Source: a virus
Strand: one strand, 5' to 3'
Virus record (IMG/VR): IMGVR_UViG_3300032287_003622
Coordinates: 70,933-134,932 of that record
DNA length: 64,000 nucleotides
Positions within the stretch are counted from its first letter, which is position 1; every line of letters begins with the position of its first letter. A model generated the notes under the pieces. That model was not told where the DNA came from. It searched no databases and worked only from the letters and a program-made list of their open reading frames with translations. This document shows positions 39,301 to 45,835 of the stretch, piece by piece. The position numbers and the translations under genes were made by a program.

Positions 39301-41997
39301 TGTTCCTTCTACAGTGTAGTTGAAAGAATCCTTGTAAAAATTGTTGTCAAATACTATGTCCCCTATGTTGCTGAGACTCAGATAAGTGAGGGGGAATCCC
39401 AATACGATATCTGGTACAGCATCTCCAATGGCGTAACTAAACAAGGGGCTACCTGCAAAATCCGTGCTGGGATAAATCGCTCTGTTGCCAAAACTCACAC
39501 CATTTCTATCATAGATGTCAAACAATGGAGGTTGATTGACATTGTTTTTTTGTTGAGTTTTGATCCAATCTACACCGTCATATCTGTATGTGAGTCCTTG
39601 TTCTATCAGGCCACTGAGAACCACAACATTTTGATCGACCAAGGCTGTGCCATCAGTGACTGGTATCAGTGCAATAATGGGTTGAGTTATCAAAGGCGGA
39701 ACTGAATCTGGTGTTACGAACCGCACTTCGTATATGGTTTTACGGACATCTGCATCTAGATCTGCTGCAAATATAATCCTGGTGCCGTCCAGCACTGTGT
39801 AACCATCGGTGCTGTAACCGGTGCTGCCATTGACCACACTTAATGCGTCAGTTTGTCGAAAATCAATGATGTCAACAGGCTGTTTGCTTTGTGTTCCAAA
39901 ATTGAATAACCTGGTGCCACCACGGAATTCCAAAATAGGTCTTTTGGCTCTGAGTTGATTGTCTATTACTGGTTGGGTATTGTTATACAAAGCAGATGCT
40001 GTGATAACGTCGATATGGAACCATCGATTGCTGCGCGACCATGGATTTAGATCCGGCGAATCTCGCGATATGGTTATGTAATCAGGCGTCAAGGGTTGAT
40101 TCAAACTGGCATCATAATTGCCCAAATCATAGGGCGTGGTATCGTAGGGTATTGACGCACTTTTAGTGTAAGTTTCTGGAGTTATGTAATCAGAAGTGGG
40201 CAACAACTGTATGGCAGTTCCGACACCTTGAACATAGTAAGATTTATTCTTATATTGAGTTGGAAAAACATCGCCTCTAAATATTACTTTGAGTCCGTTG
40301 GTAAAAGTCACTCCGTTGGGGCTCACATAGTTTTTTTGACCTATGATTTCTTCGACATTGAGTGTGTCGGCCTGGGTTTGATCAATGATACGTATCTGAC
40401 CAAAAATTTCTGGGTCAGTTCCATCCTGATACCATAAAATATTTTTGATTGCTGTCAACAATGGAATCTGTTCAAAGAAACCAGATTCATTTTTGTACCA
40501 TCCGGTGTTGCTCCACTGATCGCCAAATGCTATTGAAAACTTGTTGAGAGCGTCAACTTGCAAAATACTTTTGAGGCTCATATAGACCCCACCACCGGCA
40601 GCTATTTCATACTGTATCTGCCAAACACTGTATTGCACCGCTGGATCAGTGATAGGGGTTGTCTGATCAAAGGTCACAGAATCAAAGCCACCGGGCCCTG
40701 GAGGATCGCCTGCCGGCAACGGATCAAAAAATGTTGTTTGTTGCCAGCCGCCGGTGACAGGATCTGTGCCTTGATTCATAAACACAATGGTTCTACCGTT
40801 GAGATTGGTAATACCGTCTATGCCGTTGGGATATTGTGTGAAAAAGTTGTCGACGAATTGATTGTTGATTTGATCAAATTGAAGGTCAGTTATCAAATCC
40901 ACAGAACCTATGCTGGGCAGGTCATAATAAAAATTTTGTGCCGTTGACAAAGGCACATCAAAAGTCACTGTTCCAAGATCCTCGCCATTGTTGACGACTC
41001 CCAATACATCTCGACCACTGATGTTTGGAGTGGCTGGAATACGTCCACTTACTCCAGGGTCTGTCTGTATCCAGAATCCAGGGCCATTGCCAGGAGTGCC
41101 ATCCACAATATTGATTTGGCCTTGTAAATTTATTTGCACATCATTGCAATAATACAAGGTATCAGGCGCATCTTGTGGCACAGTAAAAGTAACAAGCCCC
41201 TGCGCACCACCATTGTTGAAAACACCGTTGGAATATATGTTGGTAGTGCCAAGACTGATCTGTGTTTTAATGTAGAAAGACCAATCAAATGTCTGACTGA
41301 GGTTGAAAACATAGGTATTGCCGCGCACCAAAGTAAGAGTGGGGTTTGGCTGATAGTCTATGTTCCAACTACTGGTTCCGTTGTTGGTCACTCTAAAGTT
41401 GACTGTTTCCTTGTCGTTTTGGGCTACATTGAAAGTGTAGCTGCCGCCGCGAACCAGAGTCAATATTGGATTGTTGCCACTTACTCCGGAAAAAGTATAC
41501 ACACCATTTTCTCTGGTCACATCAAAACTGTCGGTCGATGGTATGCCAGTGGCACTTACGTCTACCGCCAGCGGTCCTCCAGGTAACCAAAAATATTGTG
41601 CATAGTTGATCAATTTATCAAAATCAACAAATGGATCCCAGGCGTAATAATCACTAGTGTAGAGTCGTTGAGCATTGTCAACATAAGAACCTTGCATTTG
41701 CAAAGCATCTGTGATTCCCGGATAAGTTATGGCATCAACCACCCGATGAAAATCTTTTGGATCAACCTGGACCACTCCGGGCTCAAGTTGATAGTCCGTT
41801 CTTGTTTTGGTAGGTTCAACAACATAATTGTCGTTGGCATTGACTCCGGGGCCAACTCGCCGACCAATAAATCCTTGCGATTGTGTGAATCTTGGATTTT
41901 GGATCAACTGATCCAGGGTGGCTGACAAAAACTGCTCATTGATGGGAGTTTGAAAAATTTCTGGTAAGAATTCTACACTGCGCACTTGCTTGGCCAT
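27340..41997 (-). CDS. Giant (4885 aa) baseplate wedge-like virion protein with FG-GAP-like repeats
   Basis: Directly follows gp6 (TAATG overlap); multiple FGxS(V/I)...(V/I)GAP repeats; repeated GDGxTxxF / VxVNxxxQ..DY beta domains. Confidence 0.7.
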   Translation of the reverse strand: MAKQVRSVEFLPEIFQTPINEQFLSATLDQLIQNPRFTQSQGFIGRRVGPGVNANDNYVVEPTKTRTDYQLEPGVVQVDPKDFHRVVDAITYPGITDALQMQGSYVDNAQRLYTSDYYAWDPFVDFDKLINYAQYFWLPGGPLAVDVSATGIPSTDSFDVTRENGVYTFSGVSGNNPILTLVRGGSYTFNVAQNDKETVNFRVTNNGTSSWNIDYQPNPTLTLVRGNTYVFNLSQTFDWSFYIKTQISLGTTNIYSNGVFNNGGAQGLVTFTVPQDAPDTLYYCNDVQINLQGQINIVDGTPGNGPGFWIQTDPGVSGRIPATPNISGRDVLGVVNNGEDLGTVTFDVPLSTAQNFYYDLPSIGSVDLITDLQFDQINNQFVDNFFTQYPNGIDGITNLNGRTIVFMNQGTDPVTGGWQQTTFFDPLPAGDPPGPGGFDSVTFDQTTPITDPAVQYSVWQIQYEIAAGGGVYMSLKSILQVDALNKFSIAFGDQWSNTGWYKNESGFFEQIPLLTAIKNILWYQDGTDPEIFGQIRIIDQTQADTLNVEEIIGQKNYVSPNGVTFTNGLKVIFRGDVFPTQYKNKSYYVQGVGTAIQLLPTSDYITPETYTKSASIPYDTTPYDLGNYDASLNQPLTPDYITISRDSPDLNPWSRSNRWFHIDVITASALYNNTQPVIDNQLRAKRPILEFRGGTRLFNFGTQSKQPVDIIDFRQTDALSVVNGSTGYSTDGYTVLDGTRIIFAADLDADVRKTIYEVRFVTPDSVPPLITQPIIALIPVTDGTALVDQNVVVLSGLIEQGLTYRYDGVDWIKTQQKNNVNQPPLFDIYDRNGVSFGNRAIYPSTDFAGSPLFSYAIGDAVPDIVLGFPLTYLSLSNIGDIVFDNNFYKDSFNYTVEGTGLTVPLSTGFVRQYRDRVDFVREIGWQTAVTSSLVRQQFQFSYDGGPLLLDVAVNDNNTVPAIQIFINGEFQESYNYQYTVGTDTTTINLLTTYVPGDQIIVAVLSDQISQQGFYQVPINLQNNPLNENSQQFSLGTIRNHYVTIAQNLIDLSGPPIGPNNVRDLGNVIPYGLQILQQSSPLTLTGYFMRDPNYNIFGALQYNSSEYIKFKTQLLNTVTTFGIADYDNWTVSRLLDESISQINLGKTSVNPFYWSDMLPTSPTFTSNSYVINPVTTRTFNLTQTYSYTESNYQGLCVYIDNVLLTRDTDYVVSTEGPTLTIEPQVPFAVGSTVTINEYTSTVGNFVPNTPTKLGLYPKYQPKIFYDTNYVNPTLVIQGHDGSITTAFGDIRDRVLLEFETRIYNNLKNDGNPPPLVAEDVIPGFFRTTDYNQQEINQILGEQFLAWVGANKLDYTQQTYLANNEFTYNYSQAGNRINNQPLLGAWRGIYRYFYDTTSPNTTPWEMLGLSEEPSWWADRYGPVPYTSDNLVLWGDLEQGLVADPVAPYVIPKYRRPGLTQVIPVDNQGNLLPPLQSVVGPYDPQGFVASWKVGDGGPVEASWWSSSSYPFAVMRLLILTRPAEFFSLFADRDLYKYSPEFDQYLYDGRGRIQPKQIEVYGNGISKASYIDWIVDYNQQLGIDSTDALTTDLDNIDVRLCYRFASFVAESNLAVYLEKGSAQSQNTSLLVPPESFNLLLYKNQPFNRLDYSAVIVEVVEDGYSVYGYSAINPYFSILTSQVAGSSQTLTAGNVTVTVPSSYTNKVAQIPYGYTFANLTGVVDFLLSYGQFLASQGLSFTVQENGYTLNWIQMAQEFLYFANQGWAPGTIINLNPSATQITSFRPGAVVDSIVTYTPENLLLDQNRKAFDSRDLIIRRQGNVFSLNPDPAGSQTISYLQLKYTDYENMMVLDNRTIFNDLIYDTITAERQNRLRLMASVSTGWNGVLNAQGFILNQDNVVDWQTNTKYTKGDMVLYKNSYWQAIDIIQPKAKFEYGDWYKSNYDLIEQGLLQNLATKAEQLANSYNTQTANLNNDNDLLAYGLIGFRPRQYMTDLDLSSSSQVMIYQQFIKTKGTTQATDLFTKVNFNKEIGEYNIFENWGILVGTYGANANRSWFDIALNEALLNGNPSTVQIIQPGQSSVANQTILLEDLWAESYVTPSTDILPTTYVTNSDSALPSAGYVNINDVDITVFNLNNPSAIARDIGTIGNGTSIWVAQINGYDWAIYRCAQVPGRLIRLTDNLNGTSQAQFSQTTNLERGDLIIVRYFDSAVDGVYRVISVPAIDTVVIEYAFTNSNQTSISGTGLVYYLQSMRVAQASDVAELSYANDLLPGARVWVDNDGSGHWQVIEKQSPFEELQQIQPENLDPNSYFGSSVSQSNDNYSLLVGAPNTLSGTGAVYSYFVDQDNQFAQSLVLTLTAPGTQGFGNSVDFGNRSWAMAGASASNSAAGYAVILYQQPGSQAFVQTQLLTAPDLDFSAIGFGASVIVSDDERMAYVGAPDGNRVYAYGRVDIPTQIITYVANGVTATFTYNTQIAINSAQPEQLVVLVNNLECVYLRDYTISGTLVQLTFVPVAGQRVIIARKQVAQLDFAIYFGVTQDFASGSGTGAVFTVSNTRGQYSVSITSPGINYNIGDTLTVSYTQIDPSGSVANDLTITVTEVTSGGITDFTISGFGVSNTAVFSLAQFLYTATSIDAFTLSVNGVLQRPNIDYIFSYPNVTFLNVPPAGAIIGATAGTYWQYIDTITVSGVDINAKFGASITTDQNGRQVLIGAPFDTALDSQGSPVVYAGAVYAIDRGVIKYIVDNPGQLTYAIPGSFVEPIQVTLNNQYLTNTDQYINGQYSVVGSNIVLNTGLTLNIGDSIEIETNQFQLVQKITANTVIDESEFGYALDICSNNCSVYIGAPLDSYVSQVHQSGMVQRQVNQSRVYGIITTTAANPALVPQNTIRINDMEVSVPAEPNNTVAGLVGAINSAQIPNVVASLVPNVILQGTGSRQVFDIGNIYSTASSYTPIVYVNNVLQILNIDYTYNNSTQQISFVSAPAARARIEVVAGRMTISVINANAAQEFNKLTVLPGISSNDSAEISAFYDLGFVTYAYTQSISSPNPTDYAYFGSSVNVNTGSINLVIGAPNGEVYEATTFDNNLTYFDDRSTTYFNTIANSGVVYTFDYLPSADSSLENPGKFVFGQQVYKNSVQTNDQFGHSVNYRRGRLVVGTPGDEINNSDTNYGSVTVIDNAGDAPVWTVIYNQLPMVDVNLLNSVYSYDKLLTNTQTYFDYIDPLQGKILGVARRNIDYIGAVDPASYNAGLIHNVGTSWGSAHLGQIWWDTNRVRFIDANQDNLIYASRRWGQVFPGSEVDVYQWIESSVPPVNYTGSGTPFSTVSYTVSSLINDQGILVTNYYFWVRGLTTVATEAGKTLSVSAIASYIQNPLGSGLPYIAALSANALALYNANGLLSANDTILHVEYDRQILGGNSNIHTEYEFITDGKPSSFLNANLYRKFIDSFCGIDTLGNAVPDPTLSPGMRYGVQFRPRQSMFVDRLLALKNYLQYVNKILAQFPISETKSFSLLNSAQPIPAANTGAWNLEVPNLEILAYQNIAAVPLGYKYLVMSDASLNGLWSIYTVTDISGGQRELSLTLVQNYYTPAYWNYINWYQPGYNSSITPIATVANTAGLQTLSLQTASVGSSVKVAANGQGKFEIYVRTDTGWNRVGLQDGTIEFSAKLWDYALGRFGFDAEVFDSQFFDQEPTIETRQIIRAINEELLIDELLIERNRALILMFQFIYTELNSPEWLVKTSYINVNHVIRGLLPIQLYQPDNQTFVLDYLNEVKPYHVQNLEFNLVYDGLDRYPGALTDYDVPAYYNTSLESPQFTSPILLPYTYSDSINQSFVSDAPANAQIWLERPWSDWFNNYLLSIQAVEVLDQGSGYTTAPTVSVSGECVRQAQMTAIINSAGKVVAITIDDPGEGYTTTAVLTLVGGGGTGATARAQMGNNLVRSFKTTIKYDRYQYRSTIVDWEPNVVYVAGTRVRWSNLVWSANSTLSGPVFIPSDWTRVSAASLSGVDRTMGFYLPGPNMPGLSLPLLVDGVDYPGVQVDAPDFNQNTGYDVGNFDINPFDNLSVDREGRPTYDYGILDVQYASSYLDLYLGTRPTDINVDGGAYIDTFSSHAPEELIPGSEFDTLDFRVYTTPGSDWTGGGHGFPAGNRRYVYDSANPTVSFAGIIDLPFTVQVFNATLGIAIEPVSYDWANYEVTLGLTETDGDIINVYVTGVGGGNQLYNRTYLGNEVGDTITVPFPYNSIYEFLIYNGETRLEPGVDYTWASQTQTSTRITFVNTYGASDRINLCTLGYAPPEQTTHSWSLPVFQTEISDGSLSIPLVNSLQGTNPVNLIVVSNGARLRPSEGMEHMGDGTTVTFDLPMNGGYSQGLISDNDVSVYVDNQPTIQGINYQVDAWDGSSARTITFFDAPAMGSVILISVRTKAQYWILGDELVFQPANGYSPTPGDIIDIVTWNDTSQQGLLTQVFVGEGESPYHTYDTSHPISNPDRILVTLDGEWLFAGLNFVTVGETKIRITGLPITSNSVIAITCLTQSVVPGAMAFRIFQDMRGLQATYRITSETTTSITAPVSITDDVIYVKDASALNTPDFEINSWGVVTINAERIMYRERNILNNTISSLLRGTAGTAVAAHESGATVYDMSRENLLPTLYQDYINSNTFMADGATSTYVTDIVVDNRPLVYLGGIVQVTVGGNLQDPSTYVVTQVEPVAIEFVAIPALDQQVIVTVLYLDSTEQQQVFTATGSSAKFVTSLDIGLQEQASNTYVLDDFNPVTVTFNTAPFPGLCVYIRTQQGAEDQFYFTFADGSTTTFVTNIDLSIPVRVLIGGIEQDPSTYLVTSLDLVTVQFAQSIPAGLEVVIYVRQGISWYQPGPTTASDGVPLQDTNTQPARFLRGL

Positions 41998-44900
41998 TAG
42001 ATTACTCCACTACCAGGTGCAGTTTGTAGATTCGTGCTGGTCAAGGCAGTGATAACTTCTATATCATTGACTGTGGCGCCATTTACAAAAATCTGATTGG
42101 GTGCCGATCTTATCTCGTATAGATCACCAAAACTTTTCTGTGGATTCAAAGGAACCAACACCACCGAGCTGACCACGTCACCTATGTTTTGATGTATGTA
42201 GGCTGCCAGCTCGCTGAAATAAAACGTGTCTCCAAAATTCCAATTGGCCAAATCAAAGTAAGCATTCATGTTGGCCACCACAAGATTTTTTATAGCACTG
42301 ACACTGGCTGTGCTGTTGGCAGACCGTATGACCTTGATAGTGGCACGCAAAGCTGGGTCGGCCTTTTGACCAAACAATGGTTGGAAAGACACACTGTTTA
42401 GAATCATGTTGTCTGAAATCATTTTGTAATTTTGCAAACCTTGATAAGCTGTGTTGAGATCATCCAATGTAGGTGCGCTGGGCTTGGAAACTGTGCCTGT
42501 GGTATCTTGTAACCAGTTGATATAGGAAGTGTAGTAGGCGTTGGTTACCAAATACACATCAATGATGTTTGTGCTTCCAGGATCAATGCGACTGGTCAGA
42601 GGACTGTTGTGTCGATATTGGAAATATAAACCTTGACGTCCTACTTTGGCCAGATAGGAATTATCTTGAGTCAATGTGGGATTACCCAAGATATCAACTC
42701 CTAACACATAAAAAAGCTGTGTTTGATAGGCATAAAACACTTGGCCAACTTCGTATTGTGTTTGGACTGCTTGGATGCTGGCCAAGGTAGGGTAATCACT
42801 GTTGACAATTCCTGCATCAATCAATAGATAGCGTTGCAAATTGTCAAAATCCACTGTTTGTTGGAAATAGACATATTTTTGATTGCTGTTCACATTAGGA
42901 GCTACAATTTCATCAAAGAAATCTGGATTAATAGGAATTCCATCGCCTAGGGCTCGAGTATAACTGACTTCCACCTGGAAATCGTCAACCAAGCCATCAC
43001 TCAGGACTGGCTGATCAATAATGGTAACCACAGTATCGGATCCCAAAGGCACGCTGGCATCGGGTCTACTGTTGATTTTCAAGATGTTTACATAATCGCG
43101 TATCACAGTTCCAGATCTACTGTCATAGATAGGATCGGCGGTATAAAAGAAGAATCTGGTCTGTAGAACGCTGCCAAAATAATAATTCAGAGATCTGTAT
43201 ACAACTGTGTAGGTAGATCCATTGAATGTGGCCTGGATCAGCCAGGAAGCGTCAAGATTGGATCCAGATGTGTTTTGAGCATAGGTTTGATTCCAGCTGG
43301 CATTGACAGCTAGATTGTTTGAAGTGATCAGATACCAGGTAGCAGTGAGATTATCATAGCCCAGACCAAAGTTTTGATTGAGATAGATTTGTTGCACCAT
43401 CTGTTGTTGTAAACTTACAGGAATGTCTGTGACAAATGTAGGAATTACCTGTGTGGGCAAGGCTCCTGTGGGAACAAAGTTGTTTAAGACCACTGGACCT
43501 TCGCCGGAAGGCAAGTTGCCAAGTCCTTCTGCAGTGCCGGATGTATAGACTGCTGTGGGGCTGGCCCATATGGTCAGTTTTTCATCAGGCCGTGTTGGCA
43601 CCCCAACAACCAAACGATTGTCAGAATCAAAATAACGGCCGGTGGGTGCAACAAATTTTACCAAGCTGCCTTCTGTGATATATTTGGCATTGTTGCTGGC
43701 ATAATTGCCTATGGCCTGAGGATTGCGTGCGGCATTTTGAAAATACCCTGTGCATTCATTGACCAACACAGTGCTCTGATTCCAACTGTAGTTCAGCACA
43801 CTCAAATCTGGGCGTGTGTAGTTGGCAAAATAAAATTGTTGCAGACCGGCCTTGAGCAACAAAGGATTGATCTGATTTATCACAGCATCAGAGATGTCAT
43901 TGATAGTCAACCAACTGAATTGAAATGCCGGCAGTGCAAAATTTTGATAGATAGCACCATCGCTGGCAAAAATATTTGTGCTGGAATACTTGCCTGTGCC
44001 ATCCACCAAATCGAGATATCGACTGGTTCCTATGCTGGCACGATTGACAGCGCTGCTTTTTAAAATACTGTTGTATTGAGTAAAAGGAAATTGGGTGTAG
44101 TCCTCGCCATTGACCATGCGATTTTGAGTATAATATTGAGCAGGAGCACGTTGTTTTATTTCTTGTATGGTTTCGCGTGCCTGTGCATTGGTCACCGGCT
44201 CTGTGATGCCGCAGGTGAACGTGATGGTTTCGATCTGACCTGTTCGGCTCACATAGTTGATGGGCACAGTCACGCTCTGCATTTCGACAGGATTAATGAT
44301 ATAGCTCAATCCATTTGAAGCACGCACATAGGTCCTAAAGGTTCCAACTGGTATGGTGCTGAAAATTCCATCTCCAAAATTCAATGTGATTTGGTCATTG
44401 GTGCGACTGGTCACACTGTAGATATCTCTGGTGCCCGGAGCCAATTGTTCCACGGCAGCTGCGTATACGCTCTGAACCTTTTCCCAATACCCGGCCACGT
44501 TGCCTAAGTTGTTTAATCTATACAACCAAACGTCGGTATTGTTGATGCCTTCTATGTTGATGTTGACTGCACGATTGATGATTTTTTCTGGCAAATTGAA
44601 GTCTTGATTTTGCAATACTCCCTGTTTGAACAAAAAGAAAAAACCTGTGTTGTTGCTGAGGAAACCTTGTTTGTCATTGCGATACATTATATTGAATTGT
44701 CCCACCGGCAGAGGAGGTGGTTCATACACATAATCTTCGCCGGCTGTGGTGGAATTGACCACTTCAAAAGGCATATTGACTGTGTCAATGGTGGCCGTGA
44801 ACGGAACCACAGGAATATAGCCTGGTATGAGATTTATGGTATATTCTTGTGTGTCAACACCCATGATGCTTTTGTTGCTGGATGGTTGCCCAAATTTTTG

Positions 44901-45401
44901 TGTGTTAACCAGGCTGGCATTGAGTATAGTTATAAATTGTTCTTGCCAGTCGGCATTGGTAGGATCTGCCCAGTTCACGGTGATATTGGCCAGATTGATG
45001 CCATTGTAATCAATGATATTCTCAGTGGTAGTCACAGAAAAAACTTTGAGATATCCCGATGCACAGGTATTGCGCAAAGGTGTATAGCTGACCAAATTGG
45101 CCAATTTTACCACGCTGTCTCTGCGTTCGGCGGTGTCTAAGTAGTTTTCTCGGGTGTTTAAATCGGTTCTAAATGCCAGGCTTTGACCCATAAAAGCCAT
45201 GACGTCCAGCAAGGCAATGAATTCTGAACTTTCAATGTAGTCGTTGAAAGTTTCTGGGTAATACAGGCGCAGATAATCTATGAAACTTTTGCGTAGAGTT
45301 TCAAAATCGTAACTTTGGAAGTCGGCTTCTTGATAGACCTGATAGATTTGTTTCCAGTCTTCTACGCCAAAAATCGCTGTTTGTCTTGATGTTGTAGCCA
45401 T
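41997..45401 (-). CDS. Baseplate wedge subunit, T4 gp6-like
   Basis: SYDFETLRKSFIDYL, FNDY..SS, LDTAERRDSVVKLANLVSYTP, ETIQEIKQRAPAQYYTQNRMVNGEDY. Confidence 0.85.
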   Translation of the reverse strand: MATTSRQTAIFGVEDWKQIYQVYQEADFQSYDFETLRKSFIDYLRLYYPETFNDYIESSEFIALLDVMAFMGQSLAFRTDLNTRENYLDTAERRDSVVKLANLVSYTPLRNTCASGYLKVFSVTTTENIIDYNGINLANITVNWADPTNADWQEQFITILNASLVNTQKFGQPSSNKSIMGVDTQEYTINLIPGYIPVVPFTATIDTVNMPFEVVNSTTAGEDYVYEPPPLPVGQFNIMYRNDKQGFLSNNTGFFFLFKQGVLQNQDFNLPEKIINRAVNINIEGINNTDVWLYRLNNLGNVAGYWEKVQSVYAAAVEQLAPGTRDIYSVTSRTNDQITLNFGDGIFSTIPVGTFRTYVRASNGLSYIINPVEMQSVTVPINYVSRTGQIETITFTCGITEPVTNAQARETIQEIKQRAPAQYYTQNRMVNGEDYTQFPFTQYNSILKSSAVNRASIGTSRYLDLVDGTGKYSSTNIFASDGAIYQNFALPAFQFSWLTINDISDAVINQINPLLLKAGLQQFYFANYTRPDLSVLNYSWNQSTVLVNECTGYFQNAARNPQAIGNYASNNAKYITEGSLVKFVAPTGRYFDSDNRLVVGVPTRPDEKLTIWASPTAVYTSGTAEGLGNLPSGEGPVVLNNFVPTGALPTQVIPTFVTDIPVSLQQQMVQQIYLNQNFGLGYDNLTATWYLITSNNLAVNASWNQTYAQNTSGSNLDASWLIQATFNGSTYTVVYRSLNYYFGSVLQTRFFFYTADPIYDSRSGTVIRDYVNILKINSRPDASVPLGSDTVVTIIDQPVLSDGLVDDFQVEVSYTRALGDGIPINPDFFDEIVAPNVNSNQKYVYFQQTVDFDNLQRYLLIDAGIVNSDYPTLASIQAVQTQYEVGQVFYAYQTQLFYVLGVDILGNPTLTQDNSYLAKVGRQGLYFQYRHNSPLTSRIDPGSTNIIDVYLVTNAYYTSYINWLQDTTGTVSKPSAPTLDDLNTAYQGLQNYKMISDNMILNSVSFQPLFGQKADPALRATIKVIRSANSTASVSAIKNLVVANMNAYFDLANWNFGDTFYFSELAAYIHQNIGDVVSSVVLVPLNPQKSFGDLYEIRSAPNQIFVNGATVNDIEVITALTSTNLQTAPGSGVI

Positions 45402-45408
45402 ATGGGTT

Positions 45409-45443
45409 CCCAGTTCTAATATTTAGTTTTGCTATAAACTGGG
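45409..45443 (-). promoter_or_regulatory. Late promoter TAAATA (45420-45425) inside an inverted repeat that covers the gp6 RBS
   Basis: CCCAGTT (45409-45415) and AACTGGG (45437-45443) arms. Confidence 0.45.
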
Positions 45444-45446
45444 TAG

Positions 45447-45821
45447 TTAAACGTAGGTGGCCGAACGTTGTTGTTGGTCGAAAAATATACTCAACAATTG
45501 CGCATTGGTGCTGGGAACCACGGCTAGGCCCAGTTGGATCAAGATACCATTTTGTTGTGGAAATATCTGCAGACCACTGACATAGACTCGAGGATCGCCG
45601 GCACATACTCGCTGTATTTCTTGATACAATGCAGCCTGTGTTTCGCTGGTTTGATTTTCAAACAAATAGTTCCAAATAACTGTGCCATATCCAGGACGGC
45701 CTGGCAACTCTCCTTGTCTGATGTTGAAGGCATTTAACAAATCGATCTTGATCAGATCAAAGTCCACAGCGGTAAACTTTTTGTTCTGATTTATGGTATT
45801 GAATCCAATAAAAGTAGGCAT
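45447..45821 (-). CDS. Baseplate wedge subunit, gp25/GpW family
   Basis: IKIDLLNAFNIRQGELPGRPGYGTVIWNYLFE..DPRV. Confidence 0.9.
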   Translation of the reverse strand: MPTFIGFNTINQNKKFTAVDFDLIKIDLLNAFNIRQGELPGRPGYGTVIWNYLFENQTSETQAALYQEIQRVCAGDPRVYVSGLQIFPQQNGILIQLGLAVVPSTNAQLLSIFFDQQQRSATYV

Positions 45822-45826
45822 GTTGT

Positions 45827-45832
45827 TATTTA
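45827..45832 (-). promoter_or_regulatory. Putative late promoter TAAATA
   Basis: GTAAATAACAAC-ATG; motif 5 nt before the gp25 start. Confidence 0.5.
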
Positions 45833-45835
45833 CTC

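Noticed and set aside
27340-41997. Intein or intron within the 4885-aa gene
   Set aside because: No C...HN-(C/S/T) splice motifs or LAGLIDADG blocks noticed; repeated structural domains account for the length.
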